Assembly (NCBI RefSeq): GCF_006345805.1
Contig: NC_042997.1
Span: forward strand, 200,260,001 to 200,324,000
Origin: Octopus sinensis
Lineage: Eukaryota
Direction: 5' to 3'
DNA length: 64,000 nucleotides
Every line of letters begins with the position of its first letter. The stretch's first letter is position 1. The notes below the pieces were generated by a model. It was not told the origin of the DNA. It did not search any database and saw only the letters and a list, made by a program, of their open reading frames with translations. The position numbers and the translations under genes are program-made. Of this stretch, positions 37,663-52,180 are shown piece by piece.

Positions 37663-40454
37663 TATAATATATTCCAACTCCTGTTGCTACCCATCATCAA
37701 TTTGATTCTAAAAGTTTCTGCAGTTTTCTCTTTATCTTTGTCAGATATTGTCTTTTGTATTGTTATTGTAAATTGTTATATTTATTAAAAAAAAAGAAAA
37801 AAAGAATCAGACATTCATAGATTAATGGACGTCTTTGAGTTTTGATGTTAGCCATTTGTAAAAGGAACCAAACATTAAAAAATAAAAGAAATCAAGAAAT
37901 ATTGTTTTCTGAAGTTAGGAAATAATGAATTTCTTTAAAATACAGGAAAAAAACATCTTAAGAAGCAGAGAAGAAGAACAAAGACAAAAAAAAATCATCA
38001 TAATTACTATAAAATTAAATATTATTTTTAATTATTGATTTCCAATTGTAAACCCCTTAATCACATGGAATAAACAAAGTCGGGTGCATATAATAAATTC
38101 CTCATGGAAACCAATAAATCAATATGAGCAACTTCAAGATCTAACAGAAACATAAACAGGAATGGCTGTGTGGTAAGTAGCTTCCTTACCAACTACATGG
38201 TTCCGGGTTCAGTCCCACTGCATGGCACCTTGCACAAGTGTTTTCTACTATAGCCTTGGGCTGACCAAAGCCTTGTGAGTAGATTTGGTAAACAGAACCT
38301 GAAAGAAGCCCTTTGTATATATGTATATTTATGTGTGTGTATATTTTTGTTTGTCTGTGTTTGTCCCCCCACCATCGCTTGACAACTGATGCTGGTGTGT
38401 TTACATCCCTGTAACTTAGCGGTTCAGCAAAAGAGACCAATAGAATAAGTACTAGGCTTCCAAAGAATAAGTCCTGGGGTCGATTTGTTCAACTAAAGGC
38501 AGTGCTCCAGCATGGCCACAGTCAAATGACTGAAACAAGTAAAAAAGAAAAAAGAGAAAAGAGATTATGTGTGATGGTTTACAGTGCTTCGTTCAGATTC
38601 TGCTAATACAACGTGTGGCACAAAAAGCATTTTAAAGGATAAAGGTAAAAGATAAAGACACTCTTCAGTCATGGATGGTCATGGGGTTGCATCTAGAAAG
38701 TTACCCTCCTGGACAAGAAGTCCAGGCATGGTTGTTTATGGAAGACCAGCAGTTACCCATTCATACCAGCCTCCTCTCTCCATGTCACCAATGTTATCCT
38801 AGGGAAAAGCAAAGGCTGATACGTCTTGGCAACAGTGATGTTGCAATTCATATCTACAGATGAGTGAACTGAAGCAATGTGAAATTAATGTGTCTTGCTC
38901 AAGAACACACCACACAGCCTGGTCCAGGAATCGAACTCACTATCTCATTGTTGTGAACCTGACACTCTAACCACTGAGCCATGTGACACCTTATATTTTA
39001 CAAATCAAGAATTATGAACCTGGGAGGTTTTTTTTTATCACACCCTGTATTGTCTTAGCTGTGTGGTAACATATCTGCTTCCTAACCACATGGTTCCAGG
39101 TTCAGTCCCACTGTGTGGCACCTTGGGCTAGTTTTTTCTTGTATAGCTCCAGGCCAACCAAAGTTTTGTGAGTGGATTTAGTGGGCAGAAACTGAAAAGA
39201 AGCTCTTTGTATATATGTATATATATCTATATATATATAGATATATATATATCATCATCATCATTTAACATCCGCTTTCTATGCTGTATATATATATATA
39301 TATACACGAGTTCAGCAAAAATTTAGATTGAGATGAATATGGTACTTAAGTTGAGGCACCAGAATTTAGTATGGTATTATCCATACAATTTCAAAATAAA
39401 GTGATTAAAATCAAAATAAGCAACAAGGATATCCAGAGGTAATGCAGTACGATCGTTTCATGCAACTCCATTTAATTGAACAATGCAATCATTTCATTAC
39501 ATCAATATAAAATGTAGAGCACTCTTCAGCTGCACAAAGACATAGAATTTAATTAAATTAGAAGGACACGTTGGTATAATTTTACCTGAAATCTCCAAGA
39601 GGATAAGGAAATAGACAAAGAACATGTTTTACCAACAACATCACAGTTGTTACTGAAATCTTTTTCTCCAGAAGACACTGCCTGTCACTGATTTTTCTGT
39701 TATTTAGTTTTATTATGGGGTGGTGGGGTCAGTTTTAATTTATAGACTAGTTTATCAAATCCTTTTCATATTTAAGGCTGAGAGAAGACAGAGGGTAGTA
39801 TCTGTTTGGGGTTGTGTTGGTGGAGTAGACAGACATTCTAAATGGCATAGTCATAAAAATCAAGATTTATTTGAAGCAATGTCATGAGGTTTAGTAAGAG
39901 AATACTTAAAACAAGATGTTGGCTGATAATTAAGGGATACCCACTAGCAGACCAATGATAATGGGACAGGGTAAGTCTTATCATGTAGTACTACAGTTAA
40001 CTACTATAAAACAATTCTGCTATATTGTATACAGATAGGGCGGCGAGCTGGCAGACACGTTAGCGAGCTGGGCAAAATGCTTAGTGGTATTTCGTCTGTC
40101 ATTATGTTCTGAGTTCAAATTCCGCCGAGGTTGACTTTGCCTTTCATCATTTCTGGGTTGATAAATAAAGTACCAGTTTCACACTGGGGTCGATGTAATC
40201 GACTTAATCCCTTTGTCTGTCCTTTTTTGTCCCCTCTATGTTTAGCCCCTTGTGGGCAATAAAGAAATATATATTGTATACAGATAAAGTTTAGGGATAT
40301 TCAAAAGATTATTAAGAAGAATATTTATGAATACTTCTTAGTATATATCAAAACTTTACCACCATACGGGGAATGATGAGGATGATATATATATATTTAT
40401 ACACACACACACACACTGGATATCCTTGTTGCTTATTTTGATTTGTATATATAT

Positions 40455-40542
<88 letters not shown>

Positions 40543-40639
40543 ATATATGTATATAATTTATCCCAAAGAAATGAAGGAAAATATGCAAGAAAAAACAAGA
40601 ATCTGAGAAAGTGGTACATGCAAAGGATACATACATACA

Positions 40640-40673
<34 letters not shown>

Positions 40674-40859
40674 CATACACATACATATGAACATAAGTAC
40701 ATACATGTATACATACATATTGCAATAATGTGGTGTAAGTTATGTCTATTGATTGCCAGCAATGTAGTTCTGTAGATTCTTGTTTTAAATCTGACAACTT
40801 GCACTTTATTGTTAAGAAAAGGTCATGTCCAGGTTTTTACATTTACCTTCTCCCATCAG

Positions 40860-40967
40860 AGCGAATTGAATCGTTGAATTGCTATGTAACAGCTGTGCTC
40901 CTGAAGGCACTTAATGAAATTATCTTTACTCTTGGAGGGAAATATCAAAGAAGGCATACATACAGAA
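40860..40967 (+). CDS. Candidate 108-nt symmetric internal exon (xRIESLNCYVTAVLLKALNEIIFTLGGKYQRRHTYR), product unknown
   Basis: Strong polypyrimidine acceptor TTTACCTTCTCCCATCAG, donor GTAAGT, length divisible by 3, only one open frame; no homology recognised. Confidence 0.35.
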
Positions 40968-41132
40968 GTAAGTTAGTAGCCAATCAGTAAGTGTAGCCGA
41001 GACTTCTGCTAAGAATAACTGCTCCGATTGAAATGAAGCTAAATATAATTTAAGTTCGCAGATTCTTGACTTTCTAAAGTATGCCGCAACACACAAAGAA
41101 AAAAAATGTCTGTGAATGCATGAGTTACTTAA

Positions 41133-41352
41133 CCCTTTCATTACCAACCTGGCTGAAACCGGCTCTGGTTCTGAATACAAGTGTCTTGCTTTTATAAGTT
41201 TTGAATTAAAATCTTCCACCAAACCTTAGTCACAATTTATGTTCCTAACACTAGCTTGATGATAACTAAGCTATTTTACTAAATTCTTTCTTATATTTAA
41301 AGTAATTGAAAGAAACACAGAGCATCTAAAAATAAATACAGTAACAAAAGGG
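41133..41352. mobile_element. piggyBac-like MITE
   Basis: TTAA|CCCTTTCATTAC ... GTAACAAAAGGG|TTAA. Confidence 0.75.
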
Positions 41353-41706
41353 TTAAAGACATGGGTAATTAAAAACTTGCTACCTTAAGATTGTTAGAAA
41401 AATATTTCTTTGAAAGTGTGTCTGCAAAGATGTATGTGACAAGGTTGATAATCAACCAATGCATTGAGGTATGTTACCAGTTGTTGTCTGGTATATCTCT
41501 TATCGATGTATCATTGTGGAAGATATAGAACTTGCTAGACATAACACCTTTATTTCTTACTTATTTTTTCTCCCTCTCTACATTCATGTAACAATTGTCA
41601 TTCAGGTAACTCAACTTGAAGTAGCAAGATGTTCTATAAGTTGGGATATCATCATATTATATAGCTACAGATATAATTGCCTAAGTTTATATATATATAT
41701 TATATA

Positions 41707-41749
<43 letters not shown>

Positions 41750-41824
41750 ATATACCGGAGTAAACACATAAATGTGAAACAAGGTGGAAAAAGAGTACTC
41801 ATATACCAGTGGTAGAGTAATATG

Positions 41825-42157
41825 CTTTATTTAAAGCAGCAGAAAATTCAACAAAATCTGTTACTCTGAGTTTCTTGTTGCCGTTCATCTGACAGTTTTT
41901 GCTATAATGGAACCGATATATCAATTCAATCCAGACTCTTACAAACGCTACACCTTTAAAAAAAATGGACTTGTTTGATTGGCCCTTTAGAAATAACGGT
42001 CAATCTTTTTTTCTTTTTTTTTTTTAAAGGTGTAGCGTTTTTAAGAGTCTGGATTGAATTGATATATCGGTTCCATTATAGCAAAAACTGTCTGATGAAC
42101 GACAACAAGAAACTCAGAGTAACAGATTTTGTTGAATTTTCTGCTGCTTTAAATAAA

Positions 42158-42158
<1 letters not shown>
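41825..42158. mobile_element. ~140-bp inverted repeat carrying degenerate type I hammerhead motifs (Penelope pLTR-like)
   Basis: Arms 41825-41965 / ~42017-42158; the right arm reads CTGT-CTGATGA-ACGACAACAA-GAAA-CTCAGAG-TA-ACAG. Confidence 0.7.
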
Positions 42159-42198
<40 letters not shown>

Positions 42199-42347
42199 AG
42201 ATCAGATTGGGGCCTGGTACAGCCTTCTGGTTTGCCAGTCCTCAGTCAAACCGCCCAACCCATGCCAGCATGGAAAGTGGACATTAAACAGTGACAACGA
42301 CGACGATGATGATGATATATATATTTACACACACACACATGTATATA

Positions 42348-42870
42348 TATCTCTTATAATAAAAGGCAAATTTTCTCTGCTTGTTCCCATTTCCTTTTTA
42401 ATACAATTCTACAATACAGAATTTCTTCAATTGGAATTTACCTATGATTTTTCCAAGTAGATTCGATTGGGTCATGGCATATAAAGTTTTTTCAATTTGA
42501 CCCCCAATTAAACAAAAATTCGAGAAAAGTAAATATTTTACGATTTGCCTCTCTAATTTCAACTGCTTCACTCCTGCTATTACCATACTTTATCCTACTT
42601 TGTCTTTGCAAGTGTACCTTAAACCACTACTAAAAAAATACAAAGCAAACAGAAACAAATAAATACATAACGATTTACTCCTCACACAATTTCTTCAATT
42701 GGAATTTACCTATGATTTTTCGAAGTACATTCCACTCGGTCATGGCATATAAATTTATTTCAATTTGACCCCCCAATCAAGCAAAAAATCGAGAAAACTC
42801 AATATTTTACGATTTCCTTCTCTCACTTCAAAGGCTTTACTCCGCCTATTACTACACTTTCTCCCACTTT
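42348..42870 (+). mobile_element. Helitron-like 5' fragment with a diverged ~170-bp internal direct repeat
   Basis: Starts TCTCTTATAATAAAAGG; ~42420-42595 resembles ~42690-42865. Confidence 0.5.
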
Positions 42871-43185
42871 CTCTTTACACACATAGACACGCAAACATAT
42901 ACATATATGACAGTGTCAATTGTTGAAAGAAAATTGTAAGCTAAGAAGGTGTGTGTGTGTGTGTGTGTATGTGTGTGTGTGCGTGCGTGCGTGCGTGCAT
43001 GCATGTGTGTGTGTATGTGTGTGTCTGTGTGTGTGTGTGTGTGAGTGTGTGTGTGTGTTAGGAAGTGAAGAATAAAAATATGGCAAGAAGTGGACAGATG
43101 TACATATATACATACATCCATCCATACATACATACATGTGTGTGTGTGTGTGTGTGTATGTATGTGTATTAATGTGTGTGTGTTA

Positions 43186-43575
43186 TCTCTCTATATAAAG
43201 CTGAAGTTGTCTGTGTGCGCCAGGTTTGGTAGCCTTCAACTAACACTATCTCCTCCGAGACCCTGCGGCGCAAGTTGACCAAAATTGAGAGTATGATAGA
43301 TGAAGGCTTGCTCTTCCTTCCGTAGAAGATAAAATTCAAATCGGACCATGTTAACACCAAAAATTATTTACATCAAAAAGGTGCTTTTTTTCAATGAAAA
43401 TCCCTATTTTTTACGATTTTTTCACTGCTGTGTCGCCACTTTTCGGTGTATTTCAACCAGAAAAATGTTCACTTGAAGAGAATAACAAGCTACATAATGC
43501 AAAATTTTTACTTTTCAAAAATTCCAATTCCAGCGGGTCGAAACAAACCCGAGCAACGCCGGGCGATACTGCTAG
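43186..43575 (+). mobile_element. Complete non-autonomous Helitron (~390 bp)
   Basis: A|TC start, subterminal hairpin CCCG-AGCAACGC-CGGG, CTAG|T end, no TSD. Confidence 0.85.
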
Positions 43576-43814
43576 TATATATATATTTCCTTGGATGAAA
43601 CCATCCTTTCATGAGGTTAACACAACCTCTAATCGAATTTATATATATATATAGAGAGATAGATAGGTAGATAGATAGATAGATAGATAGCTATATATAT
43701 ATATGTATATGTGTGTGTGTGTGTGTCCGTGTGTGTGCATATGTATGTATATATCACTTTTGATATAATTAGAAACACCTGAATATTATATAGTATTATT
43801 TCTGGCTTAGTATA

Positions 43815-44402
43815 TATTCTTTTCTACTCTAGGCACTATGCCCGAAATTTTGGGGGAGGCGGCCAGTCGATTAGATCAACCCCAGTATGCAACTGGTACT
43901 TAATTTATCGACCTCGAAAAGGATGAAAGGCAAAGTCAACCTTGGCAGAATTTGAACTCAGAATGTAAAGACAGCTGAAACACCTATTTCTTTACTATCC
44001 GCAAGGGGCTACACACAGAGGGGACAAACAAGGACAGACAAACGGATTAAGTCGATTACATCGACTCCAGTGCATAACTAGTACCTAATTTATCGACCCC
44101 GAAAGGATGAAAGGCAAAGTCGACCTTGGTGGAATTTGAACTCAGAAAGTAACGGCAGACGAAATACCTATTTCTTTATTACCCACAAGGGGCTAAACAC
44201 AGAGGGGACAAACAAGGACAGACAAATGGATTAAGTCGATTACATCGACCCCAGTGCATAAGTGGTACTTAATTTATCAACCCTGAAAGGATGCAAGGCA
44301 AAGTCGACCTCGGCGGAATTTGAACTCAGAACGTAACGGCAGACGAAATACCACTACGCATTTTGCCCGGCATGCTATCGTTTCTGTCAGTTCGCTGCCT
44401 CC
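43815..44402 (-). mobile_element. Tandem trimer of SINE family D segments (~180-bp period)
   Basis: Three successive GAAAGGATGAAAGGCAAAGTC...GAATTTGAACTCAGAA blocks. Confidence 0.75.
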
Positions 44403-47400
44403 TTGCTTAGTAGATATTATTCAATATGTTGTTCTATTAGTTGTTGGAAATAGCGAGAAATTTGACTCTTTGCGTCTGTCTATAAACTGAAATATGTGAG
44501 GGTAAATAAGAAATAAAATGATTCTGCGAGTGTCCTTATCTACTTGACTAAGCATTAATGAAACTCAAAGTTGTTATTGATAGCAGTCTGACACCTGCTA
44601 ATATGTAAAGTGTAATCTCAATCTATCATATTTATAATGAAATATGATTGCAAATTTAATCTTGATTTCTGTTAATCAGTGATAGCAACACCTTCAAATG
44701 CTGTTAACTGTACATTAGAGTTCCATAATCGTTTTAGTCTTCTAACTTTCAAAATTGTTAAATAGGAAGTGTCAACCAGAGACATACATATATGTAATTC
44801 TTTTCCTCTTTTTTTTTTGTAATCTGAAAATGTTCATCTAAAGACATCAATTGTATCATCTCTATAGAATTTCAGCTACCATAATGTTCAATATAAACCT
44901 ATCTCAAATTTGCAGAATAGATTTTTCTGAACTTAACTTGTTGAAAGAACAGAAAATCCTGTGATATTACTAAATATTAATAATTATTGCTATTGTTATG
45001 CATTGACACTTTGAAATACTAATCACCAATTTGAATTCAATTTTCATAGCAAGACATTCCTGTATAGAATAGAATCTTCTTAAGTTAAAGATATACTGAG
45101 AGAATTACTTCATTAGCTGGTAGGCTTCTATACCGAAGCTGACATTTTCATCTGCTAAATTTCATTACGTTTGTACAGTTAATAAAGAATTGTGCTCTTT
45201 ACTATGTTATGTGTTGCTTATTCATGCTTCCATGTTTCATATCCATTGGAAAGTACCTTAGGCCTTGGGCAAGTATCTTCTACTGTAGTGTTATGTTGGC
45301 TAATATCTTTTGGATGAGTTTTGATTGACAAAAGCTATGAAAAAAATGCCCCATCATCATCCATCAATCCATCCATTTATGCATTTATCCATCCACCTAA
45401 CCATCCATCCATTCATCCATCCATCCATCCATCCATCCATCCATCCATCCATCCATCCATACATACATGCATACATACATACATACATACATACATGTGG
45501 AGGCACATGGCTGAGTGGTTAGAACAGCGGACTCGCAATCGAGGGATCGCGGGTTCGAATCTCAGACCAGGTGATGTGTGTATTTATGAGTGAAACACAT
45601 AAGCTCCCCGTGGCTCTGGCAGAAGGTAATGGCAAACTTCTGCTGATTCTTTCTCCACAACTTTTTCTCACTCTTTCCTCCTGCATCTAGCAGCTCATCT
45701 GCGACGGACTGGCGTCCCATCCAGGTGGGGAACCTATATGCCAAGGAAACTGGGAAACCGGCCCTTATGAGCCAGTGTTGGCTTGAGAAGGGACAAACAA
45801 CATACATATATACAAACATACATACATACATGTATAGGTGCAGGAGTGGCTGTGTGGTAATTAGCTTGCTTACCAACCACATGGTTCCGGGTTCAGTCCC
45901 ACTGTGTGGCACCTTGGGCAAGTGTCTTCTACTGTAGCCTTGGGCTGACCAAAGCGTTTTGTGAGGATTTGGTAGACGGAAACTGGAAGGAGCCTGTTGT
46001 ATATATGTATATATATATTTGTGTGTGTGTGTGTTTGCGTGCCTGTGTTTGTCCCCCCAACATCACTTGACAACCGATGCTAGTGTGTTTATGTCCCCAT
46101 AACCTAGCGGTTCGGCAAAAGAGACTGATAGAATAAGTACTAGGTTTACAAAGAATAAGCCCTGGGGTCGATTTGCTCAACTATAGGTGGTGCTCCAGCA
46201 TGGCCATAATCAAATGACTGAAACAAGTAAAAGAGTAAAGAGTACATACATATATACATACCACACACACACACACACACATATACATAAAGTGGTGGAC
46301 TGGCCAGGTTGCCAGCTTACCCAATGGCAAGTGGGCCCCTGCATCATTAGAATCCATATATGATTTGATGATTTTTCCAGTTTCAGCTAATGAGCTGTGG
46401 CCATGCTGGGGCACCGCCATTTCCTATATGGGGGTCCATGTTATTATCTAAGGGGGGGGGTCCCCTCAAGCTTGTAAATTTTTTATTCACTACTGGAAGA
46501 ATGCATTAATTATTTCAGCCTGGCTGCGTTTGTAGACAGTTGAAAAGAATACTTTTAACAAAAAAAGAAAAAAAGAAATTAAATGATAGCATTGTAGTTG
46601 TAGGTGGGCCTCCTTACTCTTCTGGCAACCAATATTTTTAGACCCAGTCTGCTGCTGTATATATACGACGGGCTTCTTTCAGTTTACGTCTGCCAAATCC
46701 ACTCAAAAGGTTTTGGTCAGTCCGAGGCTATAGTAGAAGACACTTGCCCTAGGTGCCATGCAGTGGGACTGAACCCAGAACCATGTGGTTGGGAAGCAAG
46801 CTTCCTACTGCACAGCCACTCTTGCTTCTTCATATTTTTGAAATGCTTCAACTGAGGAATGGTGTGTGACTACTTCTGTATGAGTTAGAGTTCCATGTAG
46901 GTTATCATTATCCATTCTGCTTCTTAATAGTGTTACACTGTATTTAATGGTGTTACTAGTTATTATATGCAGAGCATTCATCATGGAAATTACAATAAAA
47001 GCCATCACGAATGTTTAGTTCCAACATGCATTTCACCATTGCAGTTATTTGTACCTAGTATTAGATGTTCCAAGTGCATTTCGATCCCTAACAACAATAA
47101 AGCTTTGGTCGTCCTGGGACTATATTAGAAGGCCCTAATAATAGATAAGGCGGCGAGCTGGGTGAAATGCGTAGCTGTATTTCATCTGTCGTTACGTTCC
47201 GAGTTCAAATTCCCCCAAGGTCGACTTTGCCTTTCATCCTTTCGGGGTTGATTAATTAAGAACCAGTTATGCACAGGGGTCGATGTAGTCGATTTAATCT
47301 GTCCTTGTCTGTCCTTGTTTGTCCCGTCTGTGTTTAGCCCCTTGTGGGTAGTAAAGAAATATATATATATTAGAAAGCCCTTACCCAAGATGCCACGTAA

Positions 47401-48915
47401 TGGATTGAACCCAAAAACACATGGTTGGGAAACAAACTCAGCTACACCTGCACCTAAAATATATAAATAAATAAAATAGCATTCACGAAATAAACAAAAA
47501 AATAAAACAAAATGTTTTGAGTGGAATTTCACTTTAGTTTTTATCCTTAAAGGGAAATGTTTTATCTTCATTTTATACGGAGTTGTAAAGGCAGAAAACA
47601 AAATTAAATCAATTATTTACATTTCAATCAAACTTCACAATTTCAAAGTGCCTGTTTCTAAAAGGAAAAATAGTTTTTTTTTTACATAAATTGTTCTGAA
47701 TGTAAAAAGAGCCAAAAAATGTTCCACAGCTCAAATATTTGTTTGTAAAGTTGTAATTTATCATGCTTAACAGAATCTCTATTCCTTTTATTTATTAGGT
47801 TTTTTTGTTTTTTTATATATTTATGATTAGCCATTTCTGAAAGAAGGATTCTCCTTCATTTGTTGTAAATCATTTAATAAAATTTAACACCTGAATCTAC
47901 TGCTTATATCAAATAAAAAATTGATATAACGGTGTATATATATGATATGAATAATTTACATCAATTTAACATGAAAAGCAAAAGAAGAAAGAGACAACTT
48001 TTGTTGTGTGTAACAAATTGGACAGTTAAAATACTGAAAATACTTATTGACATCGGTTCTCACATATATAGGAAAATAAATATTGAATTATGTAGAGAAC
48101 AAATAATTTTCTTGGAATGATCATAAGGTGTTTTTTCATCAGCTATAAATCAGCCACAAAAGACAAAAACAATTCATCACGTCATTGTTAGAATTTCTGT
48201 TGAGTAATTTCTTGTATGATTGATACAGTCAGTTCTCTGTGCTGGCCTCTACAAAAATAAATATAGATTTACTTACTATTCCATCCTCTAATTCCGAAAC
48301 TTTCCTACAATTAACCTTTTCCTTATTTTTATAGTTCATTTCAATGCTGGCTGCCAATCATTGTATTTGGAAGTTTGAAATATGACTGCAATGGAAATGG
48401 AAAAAATAAGCTCATAGCTTTATGTATCTCCATGTCAGTAAATACACAGGAAATGAATCATGAGATGTTATATATCTCTTTCCATTTATCGGGAATACTT
48501 GTGAAAGGTAAGACAAATATCAAGATGGTAACAAAATAATTGAAGTACCAGACATACAAGCATATTACTGTATCATATTTACATGAGTCAATGGCCGTCT
48601 TCCACGTACCTCCAGTTGATGTAGTATGGGAGGAATATGCTTTCAAATGAACTGAAGACTAAAGGAAATCCTCAAGAGACCTTTGAGATTGTATTTTTAA
48701 TTCCTGGTTTAACACTGTCACTTGGTCCATGGGGGCATTGAACTGTCCCTTCTGATGTAAGCATTTATACCAGATTTCCAGTATCAATGCGATATCTTCT
48801 CTTCTTTCAATCAGTTCGAGTCTCCAAGAAAGATTTTGTCTGCTGTTTTCTTTCTTTGACAACATCATTAAAAAATTAAGCAAAATTATTTTTGATACTT
48901 GCGCTTCTTTCTGAA

Positions 48916-51094
48916 CAGGTCGTCATCGACATACGACTTCAATTGGTTGTGAGTCGGCCTACAGGCCTACATAGCTTTAAGGTACATTCTCAGGTAAAAG
49001 TCATACACAGCATTCTGTATTATACTACAGCAGTATTATTTGCTCATAGAAAAGTACGATAGAATGCAAATACAAGAAAAACACAATGTAGCGTAAGAAA
49101 CAGTCTCAAAAATACATAAAGATTTATTGTAGACTGGTGCCTAGCTGTGAATCTTTGATGTTGTTTGCTGAGGCAACTGTTTTAGTAGCCAGAGTTGGTT
49201 TTTTTTTTTTGATAAACATGGTAAGCTTTGTCTGAATTGTTTGTTTCTTTTCCTCTTCATAAATTTCACGATACGGATGAATCACATCGTGTGCCATCCG
49301 TTCAATTCTTGCAAATCGTTCGATATTTGGGTCCATTGTTTCAAAGTGCATAAGAACTTTATTCAGTTAAAATAAACCTTCTGATAATCCCTTTGTAGTA
49401 AAACTCCTTTCTGGCACCTCCGCTTCTTTTTTCACTTCCCTCCTTTCTTCCCCCATGTGTTCTTTTTCCAATTGAATAAGCTCTTCATTTATAAGTTCTT
49501 CGGATTCTTGGTCTAGCAAATCTTTGATATCTTCCTCTTCATACTCCAAAGAAAGGGCTTTAGCCAGTTTTACCTTTTTCTCATGAATCAGTTCAAGTTA
49601 ATGTTCATTGTTAAATCCATCAAGAGTGTCAGCAAACCGTTTTCCAAAACAATTTTTCCAGGCGCCTTTCATGCATCTCTTTGTCACAGCCTCCCAAGTG
49701 GCAGCGATATTCTTGATACACATCAGAATATTGTACATTTTCCAAAATTCTCGCAGTGACAGTTCTTGGTCGGCAGCTATGGCTTAAGCGAATGTGGTTC
49801 GAAGATAGTCAGCCTTCAGTGTAGCAATCAAACCTGTGGAGTCGTGTTCGACGGAGAAAAAAACACCACTTTCCCGTTGGGACGAAGATCTGATTGATGA
49901 GATGGATGTCCAGGTTCATTATCTAGAAGCAATAAAATCTTGAAAGGAATTCCTCTCTCCAAACAACATCCACGAACTTGAGGAATAAAACAATTCAGAA
50001 ACCAGTCTCCAAACAGTCCTCGTGTCATCCATGCTTTAGGATGAGAGGGAAAGTAAGTGGGTAATGTTTGCTTATCTGCATTCTTGAACACACGCAGGTT
50101 TTCTAGGTGGTAAATTAAGAAAGATTTCAGCTTAAACACTGCGATGCTCCCCCAAGCGACAGAATCAATCTATCCTTAAATGCTTTAAATCCAAGCATGC
50201 ATTTAGCTTCTTTGTTGATGTAGGTGCGAGCTGGCATGCATTTCCAAAACACTCCTGTTTCATCCATGTTAACAATCTGCTCTGCTAGACATCCTTCATC
50301 TGTAATTATTTCGTCGAAATAACTAACAAACTTACCTGCTACTTCCTCGTCTTCACTCGCTGGGAATCCATTTAAAAATTTCATGAACCACAAGGTACTT
50401 GATAAAAATTCTTGACTGAATTCTTCTCCGGAAGGTTCCTTTAGAGTTTGAAATAGACTTCTGGCCCTCGACTGCAAAGTAAAAAGACTTAACGGTGTTC
50501 GTTTTTGGATCTGATCTTCAATCCAAATTTGTAGCAATTTTTCCATTTCGTGGATGGGCCCGGTCCATTGTTTTGATATAACTGTATATTGCATGGGCAC
50601 TGAACCTTTCCCAGCTTCTTGCATCCTTTCTTTATCCTCCCAAATCGTCGAAATAGAGTGGAATAACTTCAGTTCATGTGCGATCTCATTCACTTTCTTT
50701 CCTCCTTCGTACCGTCTATTCACCATCATTTTTGTGTCGAGGCCAATGGCTTTTCTTTGGTTCTTGGCAGTTTGAGGAGCAGATGAAAACAATTTCCTCT
50801 TCGTAGACATTTTTGGGATATGTTTTGAAAAAAAATATCAAAAACAGAGTTACTGGGTGAGTCACTCTCTATTGAGCCTGGCGTTAGTAAAAAATTTCAG
50901 AGTCTCTAGTAGTCGTCTTATAAACAGATACGAGGTTGTCTCGATGTCTTTGCGACAGGATAATCATCCATCGCTTGAGCTAACCACAGTGGTGACCGAT
51001 AACCAAACCTAGGGTAAACGCTTGTGAGCTGACGCCAATCGTCGTAAAGTCCATGGGTCGTAAGTCGGATAGGTCGTACGTCGATGACGACCTG
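48916..51094 (-). mobile_element. Tigger/pogo-family DNA transposon, near full length (2179 bp), transposase frameshifted
   Basis: 22-bp TIRs CAGGTCGTCATCGAC(A/G)TACGAC with one mismatch, TA at the right flank; CENP-B-type HTH (ORF 50127-50810), NMDETG and LLLDNEPGHP DDE motifs. Confidence 0.92.
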
Positions 51095-51764
51095 TATTCT
51101 CACACAGCAATTGCAAAATTTCATTCCACTCTCAAATTGATAATTTAGGTACAGGCATGGCATATTGGGGCAGTGTTTTGTACAATAATACCAAGTTGAC
51201 AAAAGTCCTGTAAGTGGATTTGGTAGGCAGAAACTAAAAGAAGCCAGTTGCGTATGTATCATCGCCATCATCATCATGAGGCATCCGTTTTCCATGATGA
51301 CATGGATTATGTAGCTTGACCAGGACTGGTAAGAAGGATCGCTGTACCAGGCTCCTGTCTGATTTGGCTTGGTTTCTACAGCTGGATGCCCTTCCTAACA
51401 CCAACCACTCTAGAAGTATAGTGGATGCCTTCTATGTGTCACTGGCATGAGTGCCGCTTACATGTCAATGGCATGGGTGCCTTTTACATGTCGCTGGCAC
51501 CAGCCATGACTATGATCTTACTAAGCTTGGCATGTCTTCTCCAGCACAGCAAATTACCAAAGTTCTTGATTAGATGACATCACCTCCACGGGGTTCAACA
51601 TCCGAAGATCATTCTTCACCACCTCATCATATGTCTTCTAAGGTTTAATTCTTCCACAGGTTCCTGCCATATGTCTACACACACACACACACACCACACA
51701 CACACACACACACATAAAACTTACTTGGAAAAGGATGCGTAGCGTTCGATCATATAATAATATA

Positions 51765-51829
<65 letters not shown>

Positions 51830-52109
51830 AATAATATACTTCGAAACTCGGAGAAGATGAAACAGGTACAACTGAAGACGGGGAATATTCTTTATGTTGT
51901 ATGTCTCGTTTCTCTGTTTGTTTTTTTCGCTATTCGAAAAAAAGTTCGTTTTCTATGTTCTTGTTTTTATGTTTCCGTTTCTCATTGTGTTCAACGTTTT
52001 TTTTTTGATGTCCTGTAGCCATATATGCGTCTATATATACATATATATGTAGGTATGTACATATATGTATGTATATATGCATATATTTATATAATATATA
52101 TATATATAA

Positions 52110-52180
<71 letters not shown>

